DNA of 64,000 nucleotides. Source: Deltaproteobacteria bacterium (GTDB taxonomy: Bacteria; Desulfobacterota_D; UBA1144; Nemesobacterales; UBA2774). The position numbers and the translations under genes are program-made. This document shows positions 20,286-29,772 of the stretch, piece by piece; position 1 is the stretch's first letter; each line of letters begins with the position of its first letter. The notes beneath the pieces were generated by a model. It did no database searches. It saw only the letters and a program-made list of their open reading frames with translations, and had not been told where the DNA came from. The stretch spans positions 59,321 to 123,320 of the forward strand of contig JAVKFU010000013.1 of assembly GCA_040223695.1 (NCBI GenBank). Reading direction: 5' to 3'.

Positions 20286-22207
20286 ATATTCTGTTTAAGC
20301 TCTATAGAGCAAACCATGCCTTCTTTGATCGTATCACCCGGCGGAGGCTGTTGTCCGGTAACGTAGCCGCTGCCTTTGACCTCTACCTTGATACCCTCCT
20401 CCTCCGACCATTTAAGAATATCCCTCACGCTCTTTCCGCTTAGATCCGGCATTATCCTTGTCCCGACCATTTCCTTGTTAGGAGATGCGCCTAAATGGAA
20501 CAGGACCTTCTCCGCAACCTGTCTGAATATAGGGGCCGCTACCGAACCGCCGTGCGTCATTTTCTTGGGGGCCTCGACAACTACCGCAAGCACTATTTTG
20601 GGATCGTCGGTAGGAGCGAATCCGATAAACGACGCAATAAAGCGGTCATTGTAGTATCCCCCGTTTACGGGGTCGGGTATCTGTGCCGTACCGGTTTTTC
20701 CCCCGACGGTAAATCCGGGTATTGCGGCCTTTTTACCTGTGCCCTCTTCGACCACACGCTCCAGTATGCGGGTCATTTTAACTGAGGTGTCGTAGGATAA
20801 AACCCTGTTGACAACCTCAGGCTTCTTTTCACGAATCACCGTTCCGTCGGAACTTATAATTCTCTTTACTATATGGGGCTTCATGAGATACCCGCCGTTG
20901 GCTATCGCGGAGAGGGCGGATACGAGCTGAAGCGAGGTTACCGAAACCCCCTGGCCGAATGATATGGTAGCAAGCTCTATCTTTCCCCATTTTTTGGGGC
21001 TCAACAGCTTGCCGCTCGATTCCCCCGGAAGGTCGATCCCGCTTTTTTCGCCGAAACCGAATTTTTTTAAATATTGATAATATGTCTCTTTTCCAAGCAA
21101 CTCGCCTACTTTTGAAGCCCCGATATTACTCGAAACCCTGACGATATCCGCCAGTGTAAGGGTCCCGTAGGGTTTTACGTCCCTGATAACCCTGGCCCCC
21201 ACCTTTCTCCTGCCGTTTTCGCAGAAGAATTGAGATTCGGGACTCGCTTTTTTATCCTGAATAGCGCTTGCGACAAGGAACACCTTCATCGTTGAGCCCG
21301 GCTCGTAGGTGTACCAGATGGGAAGGTTTCTCCTGTTTTCCTGGGGGTACTCTCCGTAATTATTCGGGTCTAAAAAGGGGTAGGAGGCCATAGCAAGCAC
21401 TTCTCCGGATTCAGGATCCATGAGAATCGCCATGCCTTTCTCGCCGCTCATTTTCTCAATGCCGTCCTTGAGCTCCCTTTCCACTATGTGCTGTATCTGC
21501 GAGTCTATAGTAAGCACAATACTGTGACCGGATGTCTTTTCCTCGCCGAAAGACTCCACAATATCGGGGTTATTAATAATTCTTCGCCCGTAAGCATCCC
21601 TCTTGAGAATTATCTTCCCCGGCTTCCCTATTAATAGGCTGTCGTAACGGTATTCAAGTCCCTCTATACCCGTAGAGTCTATATTGGTAAACCCTAGTAC
21701 CTGTCCCATGAGAGGACCGTTCGGATAAACCCTCTTCGGCTCCTCTATATATCCCAGGCCTTCGATATCCATGGACTCGAGCTCGGAAGTTACCGCGGGA
21801 TCGACCAGTCTTTTGAGCCAGACAAACGAGCTCTTCGAAGACGCCCGCTTCAATAATTTCTTTTCCGGTATTTCCAGTTTTCCGGACAAGGCTTTGGAAA
21901 ATTCTTCAGGATTTTTTATATTGTAGGGATTCACGAAGACCGACTTTATCTCGACGTTTACGGCCAGTTCCTTCATATTTCTGTCGAGGATTTTACCCCG
22001 GCGGGGAAGAAGCGTCGAGCTCCCGTGGTGCTGTTTTCTGGCAACCTTGAACGCGCGGTCGCGGTCGATCACCTGAAGCTCAAAGGCTTTGAAGCATACC
22101 AGGGCAAAGAGTACGAGGACAAAAGCCCCGATTACCGACATCTTCCATTTCGGCCTATCGAGGTCTCTGCCCAGGGAAATCCTTTTTTTGCCTCTCTTGG
22201 GTTTCAT
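20282..22207 (-). CDS. ftsI: Peptidoglycan D,D-transpeptidase FtsI (PBP3)
   Basis: N-terminal TM helix and PBP dimerisation domain; transpeptidase motifs STMK, SSN and KTGT. Confidence 0.92.
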   Translation of the reverse strand: MKPKRGKKRISLGRDLDRPKWKMSVIGAFVLVLFALVCFKAFELQVIDRDRAFKVARKQHHGSSTLLPRRGKILDRNMKELAVNVEIKSVFVNPYNIKNPEEFSKALSGKLEIPEKKLLKRASSKSSFVWLKRLVDPAVTSELESMDIEGLGYIEEPKRVYPNGPLMGQVLGFTNIDSTGIEGLEYRYDSLLIGKPGKIILKRDAYGRRIINNPDIVESFGEEKTSGHSIVLTIDSQIQHIVERELKDGIEKMSGEKGMAILMDPESGEVLAMASYPFLDPNNYGEYPQENRRNLPIWYTYEPGSTMKVFLVASAIQDKKASPESQFFCENGRRKVGARVIRDVKPYGTLTLADIVRVSSNIGASKVGELLGKETYYQYLKKFGFGEKSGIDLPGESSGKLLSPKKWGKIELATISFGQGVSVTSLQLVSALSAIANGGYLMKPHIVKRIISSDGTVIREKKPEVVNRVLSYDTSVKMTRILERVVEEGTGKKAAIPGFTVGGKTGTAQIPDPVNGGYYNDRFIASFIGFAPTDDPKIVLAVVVEAPKKMTHGGSVAAPIFRQVAEKVLFHLGASPNKEMVGTRIMPDLSGKSVRDILKWSEEEGIKVEVKGSGYVTGQQPPPGDTIKEGMVCSIELKQNI

Positions 22208-22542
22208 CTCCTGGTACCTACGTAGGGTTTTTCTTCAAGAAATATAATATCTTCCTGTGTCGGATACTTGAATCCGAGCTCGAGGGCAAGCTTTTCAAGC
22301 TTGTCCGGCGATTTTGCTCTCATGAACTCGGAGCTCAGAAGTCGCTGCTCCTTCAAAAGCTCTTTTGTCTGTTTATTATTTCTGGAAATTTCATAGCCTA
22401 TTCTAAGCTCTTCGACCTTGAATCTGACATAAAATAAAGCAAGGGCAACGGCTATCAGAACGATAATCACAAACCCCGTCGATACGACAGTTTTTTCGGA
22501 TCTCACTTTCTGCCTGGAGCCCAAAGCCTTTGCCTGTCCCAT
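22204..22542 (-). CDS. ftsL: Cell division protein FtsL (small bitopic protein)
   Basis: 112 aa with one TM helix and a coiled-coil segment; sits between rsmH and ftsI with 4-nt overlaps. Confidence 0.6.
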   Translation of the reverse strand: MGQAKALGSRQKVRSEKTVVSTGFVIIVLIAVALALFYVRFKVEELRIGYEISRNNKQTKELLKEQRLLSSEFMRAKSPDKLEKLALELGFKYPTQEDIIFLEEKPYVGTRR

Positions 22543-22544
22543 TC

Positions 22545-23504
22545 CTAGACCCTCTCCCCCACCCTCATTTTAGCGCTTCTGGCCCTCGCGTTATTGAGAA
22601 CTTCCTCATCGTCCGGAACAACCGGGGTGCGGGTTAGAATATCGAGGACTTTCTTCTTGCCGCAGCCGCACTCCGGGAGATCAGGCGGACAAATACACGG
22701 GGACGACATTTGCCTAAATACATTCTTTACAATCCTGTCCTCGAGTGAATGAAAAGATATAATGACCAGTCTGCCGCCCGGTCTCAGGCGTTTTACCGCT
22801 TTTTCTATGAATTCTCCGATATTTTCAAGCTCGTTATTAACCGCAATCCTCAAAGCCTGGAATGTCTTGGTCGCGGGGTGTATTTTAACGGGATGAAATT
22901 TTCTGGGAATAGCGTCCGAAACAAGCTCGGCTAGCTCGGCAGACGTTTCAATAGGCTTGTCCTTTCTCGTTTCCACTATTCTCTTGGCGATTCTTCGGGC
23001 CCATTTCTCCTCCCCGTACATTTTCAATACTCTTGAGATCTCATCCACATTCATCTCGTTAACAAGATCGTAGGCGGTAAACCTGAGTCTGGCATCCATT
23101 CGCATATCAAGAGGCTCGTCCCTCTTAAAGCTGAACCCTCTCTCGCTGGAATCAATCTGATAAGAGGACATTCCGAGATCGGCGATAATTCCGTCAACCT
23201 CCTTTATATCAAGGCTCTCCAGAACCTTGTCTATATCAGAAAAATTGCTGTTGCGGAAGATCACATGCCCGTTGTATTCAGAAAGTGTTTCTCTTGAAAT
23301 GGAAATAGCCTCTTCATCAACGTCCAGGCCTATTACAATGGACTTGCTGTCGGTCTGTTCCAGAATCGCCTTTGTATGGCCGCCCATTCCCAAAGTCGCA
23401 TCGACGTATATACCTTCAGGACGCGTAACAAGGAATTTTATTACTTCTTCGGCCAATACCGATTGGTGAACCGGTTTCATGTAATCCTTTACAGCGCTTT
23501 CCAT
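22545..23504 (-). CDS. rsmH: 16S rRNA (cytosine1402-N4)-methyltransferase RsmH/MraW
   Basis: HQSVL...DATLGMGGHT SAM-binding motif. The start is taken at MESAV (23504); the longer ORF reaching 23609 overlaps mraZ and is probably not translated. Confidence 0.9.
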   Translation of the reverse strand: MESAVKDYMKPVHQSVLAEEVIKFLVTRPEGIYVDATLGMGGHTKAILEQTDSKSIVIGLDVDEEAISISRETLSEYNGHVIFRNSNFSDIDKVLESLDIKEVDGIIADLGMSSYQIDSSERGFSFKRDEPLDMRMDARLRFTAYDLVNEMNVDEISRVLKMYGEEKWARRIAKRIVETRKDKPIETSAELAELVSDAIPRKFHPVKIHPATKTFQALRIAVNNELENIGEFIEKAVKRLRPGGRLVIISFHSLEDRIVKNVFRQMSSPCICPPDLPECGCGKKKVLDILTRTPVVPDDEEVLNNARARSAKMRVGERV

Positions 23505-23508
23505 GATT

Positions 23509-23955
23509 TTATAGTCCTTGTCCGGCAAGTATGTCCCTGCTCTTTTTAAATTCGTCATAGGCGCGGGCCGCTTCTTCCTGCTCCCACACCTCTTTGGACC
23601 AGATCTCAATCCTCGTAAGCATACCTATCATGACGAGTTCCCTGTCGATACGGGCATGGTTTCTCAGAGACTGGGGAATAAGAACCCTGCCCTGCCCGTC
23701 AAGAGGGCAGTCCACGGCTCCTCCCATCAGGTATCTCAGAAATGAAATTACCTCATGCTTAAACTGCGGAAGCTCGGAAACTTTCCTCTCGATCTCATTC
23801 CATTCCTTTAAAGGATAGGCAACCAGGCATTTGTCAAAATTTGTAATGACAAATGTCTCGTCTCCATACTTTTCTCTGCACACCTCACGGAATTTGGCCG
23901 GAATGCTGACACGGCCCTTATCCGTCATCGTATGCTCGTATCGTCCTCGAAACAT
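23509..23955 (-). CDS. mraZ: Transcriptional regulator MraZ
   Basis: MFRG...DxKGRVSIP N-terminus and a duplicated MraZ fold; first gene of the dcw cluster. Confidence 0.9.
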   Translation of the reverse strand: MFRGRYEHTMTDKGRVSIPAKFREVCREKYGDETFVITNFDKCLVAYPLKEWNEIERKVSELPQFKHEVISFLRYLMGGAVDCPLDGQGRVLIPQSLRNHARIDRELVMIGMLTRIEIWSKEVWEQEEAARAYDEFKKSRDILAGQGL

Positions 23956-23970
23956 ATCATACCATCTTAT

Positions 23971-23996
23971 GCCACTTTATGCCACTCAAAACCACT
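23971..23996 (-). promoter_or_regulatory. Putative MraZ operator: three direct repeats of AGTGG (CCACT on + strand) with exact 10-bp periodicity, 16-41 nt upstream of the mraZ start
   Basis: + strand reads gCCACTttatgCCACTcaaaaCCACT; minus strand reads AGTGG-N5-AGTGG-N5-AGTGG. The E. coli MraZ box is GTGGG-N5 x3. Confidence 0.5.
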
Positions 23997-24022
23997 ATAT
24001 AATCATGTATTAAGTTTGTCAA
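23994..24022 (-). promoter_or_regulatory. Sigma70-type promoter of the dcw cluster (Pmra): -35 TTGACA, 17-nt spacer, -10 TATAGT
   Basis: Minus strand reads TTGACAaacttaatacatgattaTATAGTggt, with the -10 abutting the AGTGG repeats. Confidence 0.45.
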
Positions 24023-24354
24023 GTAAGTTAATGATATTTATTAATTTTTTGATAAAATACGCAGTCAGTAATAATCAAATCCTTCAGCCATTTATTTTCG
24101 GTACGCAAATAAATATACTTTTTAACCCAATCGGTCAAGAAACTTTAAGAATGCATGTTAACTGTCCCTAACGAAACAATATTTCAGCAAGGGGAAATCC
24201 GCCTGCCCACAATTCGCTTATGCCAATTTAAACCACATCAGAAATGCGGCAATTACCGAAGCCTGGGGAAACTCCAAAAATATCTTTGCCCACAATCGGA
24301 AAAAACAATAAATTGAGATATAATCTTGTACCCTCATCTTCTATAATCGATTGA

Positions 24355-24600
24355 ATGCCGACAATATACATCAAGCTAAAGAATAACAGCGAAACGGTGT
24401 ACTTCCAGTCCATACTGGGCACCTATTCTCATATTGCCTGGGTAAGAACAGAGAACCCGGCCTCAGGAATCATTAAAGTGATACCGACCCCTGACTCCGC
24501 CGGAGAAACCAGAGAAATCCTTGAGAAGCTGAAAAAAGAGATTGAATTCGAGGAGGTTGATTCAACGGGTCTCCGGAGCCTGACCCCATCGGACGGATAG
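24355..24600 (+). CDS. Small hypothetical protein (81 aa), stop/start-coupled to murJ
   Basis: ORF ends 4 nt before the murJ ATG; no family recognised; TATAAT-like boxes lie upstream. Confidence 0.4.
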   Translation: MPTIYIKLKNNSETVYFQSILGTYSHIAWVRTENPASGIIKVIPTPDSAGETREILEKLKKEIEFEEVDSTGLRSLTPSDG

Positions 24601-24603
24601 CTT

Positions 24604-26175
24604 ATGAGGGAAAAAGAACAAATAGCACGATCCGCAGGCATGATCGGCTCTCTTACATTTATCAGCCGCATCGCGGGATATGTAAGAGATATGGTCATAG
24701 CCTATTTCTTCGGCGCAACCGCTTATACGGACGCCTTCTGGATAGCGTTCAGGATTCCGAACCTTTTGAGAAGGCTCTTTGCCGAGGGATCACTCACGAT
24801 CTCGTTTATTCCGGTCTTTACGGAGACTCTGGAAAAGAAGAATAAGGAAGAAGCGAAAAAGGTTTCGGACATTATCTTCAGCATTCTGTTAATCCTCCTT
24901 ACAACAGTGTCTTTACTGGGGGTGCTCTTTTCTCCCTATATAGTCAAGCTCTTTGCCTACGGTTTCGACCAAGACACTTTCGAACTCGCCGTAACACTCA
25001 ACCGAATTATGTTCCCGTATATATTTTTCATATCGCTGACAGCTCTATGTATGGGGATTTTGAATTCACTCAGGCATTTCTTCGCGCCTGCCTTCTCGCC
25101 CGTGGTTTTTAACATTTGCATCATAACTTCAATACTTCTGGTCCACAGGAGCTTCGATCTGCCCATATATTCGGCTGCGGCAGGTGTGATTCTGGGGGGC
25201 ATTCTTCAGTTTTTTATTCAGCTGCCGTTTGTGAAGGCCAAAGGGTTTATGTTCAGTTTCACGCGGAATTTCAGGCATCCCGCCGTGAAGCGGATAGGAC
25301 TGCTCCTGCTGCCGCAGCTTTTCGGGCTCGCCGTATATAACCTGAATATAATAGTCAGCTCTCAATACGCTTCGTTCATGCAGTCAGGAACTATTTCCTA
25401 CCTGTATTTCGCCGAGAGGTTGATAGAATTCCCGCTCGGCATCATAGCCGTTTCCATAGCTACGGTGCTTCTTCCGAACCTCGCAAGCTATATAAGCAAA
25501 GGTGAATACGGTAAGTTCCGCGACACGTATTCCTACACCCTGAAGCTAATGCTTTTTATCCTTATTCCCGCGCTTGCGGGACTGATAGCCCTTAGAATAC
25601 CGATATGCAACCTGCTCTACCAGAGAGGTGAATTTACATACGAGGCAACAGTATTTACCTCCCAGGCCCTGCTCGGATATTCATTCGGACTGTGGGCTGT
25701 GGGCGGCTTAAGGGTTACCGCCCCCGCGTTCTATGCCATGCAGGACACGAAGACCCCGGTTATCGTGGCCTTCGTTGCGTTTCTGGCAAACGCCGTCCTT
25801 GGCTACATACTGGGTTTCACGCTCAAGCTCAATCATACGGGGCTAGCAGTCGCAAGCTCGATCTCATCCATAATCAATTTCATAACGCTCGTTTATTTGC
25901 TTGAGAAAAGGACGGGCGACATCAAAATGAAACCTATCCTTGTTTTCTGTCTCAAGATAGTCCTATTATCGACAATCATGGCGGCGGCGGCGTGGAAAGT
26001 CTCTACCTTTGCCGACTGGACCGAATCGGCTTTCTCGATAGAGAAAATCGGGATACTACTACTGTCTATAGGCACAGCAGGTGTAGTATATTTCGTATTG
26101 GTAAAGATTTTACGGATAGAGGAACTGGAATATATCCTCAACATGCTCGGGAGGAAAATGCCGGGGGACAAATAA
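24604..26175 (+). CDS. murJ: Lipid II flippase MurJ (MviN)
   Basis: 14-TM MOP-superfamily protein with the N-terminal GSLTFISRIAGYVRDMVIAYFFGA...DAFWIAFRIPNLLRRLFAEG signature. Confidence 0.9.
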   Translation: MREKEQIARSAGMIGSLTFISRIAGYVRDMVIAYFFGATAYTDAFWIAFRIPNLLRRLFAEGSLTISFIPVFTETLEKKNKEEAKKVSDIIFSILLILLTTVSLLGVLFSPYIVKLFAYGFDQDTFELAVTLNRIMFPYIFFISLTALCMGILNSLRHFFAPAFSPVVFNICIITSILLVHRSFDLPIYSAAAGVILGGILQFFIQLPFVKAKGFMFSFTRNFRHPAVKRIGLLLLPQLFGLAVYNLNIIVSSQYASFMQSGTISYLYFAERLIEFPLGIIAVSIATVLLPNLASYISKGEYGKFRDTYSYTLKLMLFILIPALAGLIALRIPICNLLYQRGEFTYEATVFTSQALLGYSFGLWAVGGLRVTAPAFYAMQDTKTPVIVAFVAFLANAVLGYILGFTLKLNHTGLAVASSISSIINFITLVYLLEKRTGDIKMKPILVFCLKIVLLSTIMAAAAWKVSTFADWTESAFSIEKIGILLLSIGTAGVVYFVLVKILRIEELEYILNMLGRKMPGDK

Positions 26176-26209
26176 GCCACTTCTTGCCCCCGGCTCGAAT
26201 CTTTATGAA

Positions 26210-28111
26210 TTACCTGTTCGCGCAGAATCCGAAATTAACGGAACTGTTCCCGTTAACGATATTATTCCACGACACTCCCTCAGCCGTGACCGTATTTCCG
26301 TTCTGCCGGTAAACGGCGTTCCACAGGTTTCTGACGGTTCCCTCTATCGTGAACGAAACCACCCAGTCAACGCCTCCGAAGCCTGAATTGACAACAAAGA
26401 CCTCGGCGCAGTAGCCCGTGCCCCAGTCGTCGTTTATAACGACATCGGCTGTAATTCCGCCTCCCGGCCGCTCATTAAACTCATCGTTATCCTCCGCGTT
26501 ATCACATCCCGGGTCTTCGGGATAATCGATGAGCCCGTCGCCGTCATTATCAACCCCGTCCGAGCATGCGTAAACAGGCGCTGGCGGCGGGGGAGAAGTA
26601 GGCTCCGGTGGAGGAGGGGGGCTGTTCCTGTCCGCGCAGAATCCGAAACCAACCGAACTCCCTCCCTGAACGATGTCGTTCCACGAAACGCCCTCGGCAG
26701 TTACGGAACTCCCGTTTTGAGTATAGGCAGCACTCCATAGATCCCTTATAGCGCCGTACACGTCGAACGTAACCATCCAGTCAACAGGCGATGAGCCGCT
26801 ATTCGTGACCGTTACCTGAGCGCAATAACCCGTACCCCAGTCGTCGCTAATGTTAACGGCGGTGGTAATCACTTCGCCATCAGGCTGCTCGTTAAACTCG
26901 TCGTTATCAAGCTCGTTTTCACAGCCCGGGTCATCCGGATAATCGATGAGACCGTCGCCGTCATTATCCACTCCGTCCGAGCATTCGGTGCTGTCCGGAG
27001 GCTCAGGCTGTGAGCCCTCCATAAGCCTTTGCAGTAATGCGACCTTGTCCTGCCACACATTTTGCCAGTCGTCCTTCAGAATACCGCCCGTGTCGCCGCT
27101 GTTGGGATTCCACGACCAGTAGAAAAAATCCGTCATTCCCTTGCCGTCCATGTACTCCACAAGAGCGTCCTGCAAAACCCTGTCCCTCGGATCGCCCCCG
27201 TGCCCGTACCTGCCGCCGAATTCCCCGATTATGACAGAGTATCCCCTGTCGACCAGATAGCCGAAATGCGTCTCCCATATCCCGGGCATATTGTCCGGAA
27301 AGTCAGGCTCGCCGAAATAGGGCTGATCAAAAACATCGGGACCGTAGACATGGGGGCTCAGCACCAGCTTGTCGGCTGGAATATCGAGCGGAAAACAGTC
27401 GAAAGGCTCGAGGTTGCCGCCCCACCAGTGACTGAGCGAGCCGCTGCACACGGGGTTATCCTGAATTCCCTGAACGAAAATTAAGATATCCGGATTGACA
27501 GAGAGAACTTCCTCCGCCGCCCGCTCGGCAGCAGTGTTCCAGTCCGTGAATTCGTTCCCCGTACCCCACGTGGCGGCGCCGTGGGGCTCGTTTTTTATAT
27601 CGATACCTATAAAACGTTCAATATCCCGGTACCTGTCGGCGAGAAAGGCCAGATCATTTATCCAGTCCTCCTCGGAATAGAAGCCTGAATACCAGAGTTC
27701 ATTTATCGACTGACAGTCGTAGTTATGATTGTCGATAAGTATGTACATTCCATTCCGGTCAAGCTCCTGAACGACTTCGTCAAGCACTTCGAGGGACCCG
27801 AGGCCCTGGAGATCGGGATTAAGGAAGTAATTTATACTGGACGTGCCGGTATTTGAAAGTGTTTCAGGGCAGAAGGGAAGCCTGACTGCGGTAAAGCCGA
27901 GTCCCTTTATCTGAGCAATCATATCCTTCCAGTTGCGGGCCCAAAGCCCGTGGACCACATGGTCTCCCGTCTCGAAACCGAACCAGTTGACTCCGTAGAG
28001 ATTTACTTCCCGACCGTCGTCATCATATACAATGCCGTTTTCCACATAATAGGCCCACGATGGAGCCTGCAGAGAACAGATTACCAGGAAAGCAATAAAC
28101 GCTGACCGCAT
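26210..28111 (-). CDS. Secreted glycoside hydrolase family 5 (cellulase/endoglucanase-like) with two C-terminal copies of a Cys-bracketed DNDGDG motif plus a CBM2-like domain
   Basis: Signal peptide; GH5 acid/base NEP (IKNEPHG) and nucleophile GEFG (IIGEFGG); a PPPPPEPTSPPPPAP linker; two copies of CSDGVDNDGDGLIDYP.DPGC followed by DDWGTGYCA...VTNSG...W...FGFCA. Confidence 0.85.
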   Translation of the reverse strand: MRSAFIAFLVICSLQAPSWAYYVENGIVYDDDGREVNLYGVNWFGFETGDHVVHGLWARNWKDMIAQIKGLGFTAVRLPFCPETLSNTGTSSINYFLNPDLQGLGSLEVLDEVVQELDRNGMYILIDNHNYDCQSINELWYSGFYSEEDWINDLAFLADRYRDIERFIGIDIKNEPHGAATWGTGNEFTDWNTAAERAAEEVLSVNPDILIFVQGIQDNPVCSGSLSHWWGGNLEPFDCFPLDIPADKLVLSPHVYGPDVFDQPYFGEPDFPDNMPGIWETHFGYLVDRGYSVIIGEFGGRYGHGGDPRDRVLQDALVEYMDGKGMTDFFYWSWNPNSGDTGGILKDDWQNVWQDKVALLQRLMEGSQPEPPDSTECSDGVDNDGDGLIDYPDDPGCENELDNDEFNEQPDGEVITTAVNISDDWGTGYCAQVTVTNSGSSPVDWMVTFDVYGAIRDLWSAAYTQNGSSVTAEGVSWNDIVQGGSSVGFGFCADRNSPPPPPEPTSPPPPAPVYACSDGVDNDGDGLIDYPEDPGCDNAEDNDEFNERPGGGITADVVINDDWGTGYCAEVFVVNSGFGGVDWVVSFTIEGTVRNLWNAVYRQNGNTVTAEGVSWNNIVNGNSSVNFGFCANR

Positions 28112-28488
28112 CCTTTTTCCTCCTTAAAAATTCTGATGTTGTGCTTTGGAACCGCCAAATAAAATTATAACCGCGATTATTTCGTCCGTTGTCCTGACAG
28201 CCTTATTTTAGAAGCGCCGGATATTGGGAAAGAGACGGAACTCTTCATAAGATGAATTCGCAAATGACGTGCCATGAACCCGGAGCAAATAATTGCCTAT
28301 GACGGCAAGGCGTTACTGACTTAATAACGGCAATTGGCTTAGAATTCAAGGATTTATGGTGCATTATGGCTCTTACGGATTTTGTAAAATAGCACTATAA
28401 GCGGGATATTATCGAGTCTTGTAAGCCGTTTAAATTATCCCGGCCTTCTTGACTAGTATTTTGGATATAAAGTAATATCAAAATTGCG

Positions 28489-29214
28489 ATGACGGATGAG
28501 AACTCGGCGACCGAGGACGAACTCAGAAAATTCGAGGAAAAATACGAAAAAATCTTACTTGACGACCCTTCCTCGGTTACGTTTATCTTCCTTGCCCAGG
28601 TTCTGTACAAGCAGGGAAAAGTGGATAAGGCGATTAATGTATTAATCAAGGGATTGAGATATAATAAGAAAAGTGTCACGGGAAGATTTTTACTGGGAAG
28701 AATATACTACGACAGATGGATGATTGAGCAGGCCAAGAAGGAATTTCAGACAGTAGTTAAGCTGGCGCCGGACAATCTGGCGGCATGCAGAATGCTGGTT
28801 CAAATTTACAAAAGCGAGGAAAATTACAGCAAAGCTCTCGAACTTATAAAGTCCGCACATGCCTATCATCCTCAGGACTCCGGCATACCCGCTGAGATAA
28901 AAGAGCTGGAAGACGAGTTCTACGCGAAGGAAAAGAGAGAAGGGGAATTTGCGGCTGCAAAGGAAGAAATCAGATCGTCCGTCGAGGCAAAAAGCGTCGA
29001 GGAGCTGGCGTCGAGGATAACAAAATATGATAAACAGCTTTTATCTGATACCATATCCGATATTTATCTCGACCAGGGTCTTTACGAAAAAGCCTGCTCG
29101 GTTCTGGAAAGTATTCTCGACAGTGACCCGGAAAATGATGAAATACGGATAAAGCTTGAAAAAATAAGGCTCTATTTACTGAATAAAACTGCAGGATTCT
29201 ATACGGGAGAGTAA
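28489..29214 (+). CDS. TPR-repeat protein
   Basis: Several 34-residue TPR-like repeats (AxxxY/L, G-Y, A-P patterns); a TTGACT-N18-TAATAT promoter-like element ends 10 nt upstream. Confidence 0.7.
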   Translation: MTDENSATEDELRKFEEKYEKILLDDPSSVTFIFLAQVLYKQGKVDKAINVLIKGLRYNKKSVTGRFLLGRIYYDRWMIEQAKKEFQTVVKLAPDNLAACRMLVQIYKSEENYSKALELIKSAHAYHPQDSGIPAEIKELEDEFYAKEKREGEFAAAKEEIRSSVEAKSVEELASRITKYDKQLLSDTISDIYLDQGLYEKACSVLESILDSDPENDEIRIKLEKIRLYLLNKTAGFYTGE

Positions 29215-29223
29215 TATTACGGC

Positions 29224-29670
29224 ATGAAAATTCTAGTTATTCACGGCCCTAACCTAAACATGCTCGGAAAAAGGGAGCCTGAAATATACGGCTCGAAAAC
29301 GCTTGAGGACATAAATTCCACTCTGAGCGAAGAAGCAAAAAAACTGGATGTGGAGATTGAACTCTTCCAATCCAATTCCGAGGGAGCAATAGTCGGTAAA
29401 ATTCAGAACGCCATGAACGAATTCGACGGTCTTCTGATAAACCCTGGGGCCTACACACATACGAGTATCGCAATCAGGGACGCCATTCTTTCGACGGGTC
29501 TGCCCGTGGTTGAGGCCCACATATCAAATGTCCACAAAAGAGAGGAATTCAGACATAAGTCATTTATATCCGGAGTTGCTCTCGGGGTTATATCGGGTTT
29601 CGGGATGGACAGTTATTTTCTGGGACTGAGCGGACTGGTAAGGTATTTAAAAGCCGTGGACTCCGATTGA
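29224..29670 (+). CDS. aroQ: 3-dehydroquinate dehydratase, type II
   Basis: [22 protein letters not shown] and HISN(V)H(K)RE motifs of type II DHQase. Confidence 0.9.
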   Translation: MKILVIHGPNLNMLGKREPEIYGSKTLEDINSTLSEEAKKLDVEIELFQSNSEGAIVGKIQNAMNEFDGLLINPGAYTHTSIAIRDAILSTGLPVVEAHISNVHKREEFRHKSFISGVALGVISGFGMDSYFLGLSGLVRYLKAVDSD

Positions 29671-29772
29671 ATCCGTACAACGATTAATAGTTCAAAATAA
29701 ATACCCCCGGATTTCAATAACCGGATACTGATTGTCTCATAATATTTTTAAGGAACTTCCAGTCAGGTAATA

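Noticed and set aside
23505-23609. N-terminal extensions of the ORF-track calls for rsmH (to 23609), glnB (51830), nuoK (56307) and the MshEN-REC gene (51292)
   Set aside because: The extensions overlap upstream genes or promoter elements and precede the conserved N-terminal motifs. Internal starts with better context were preferred.
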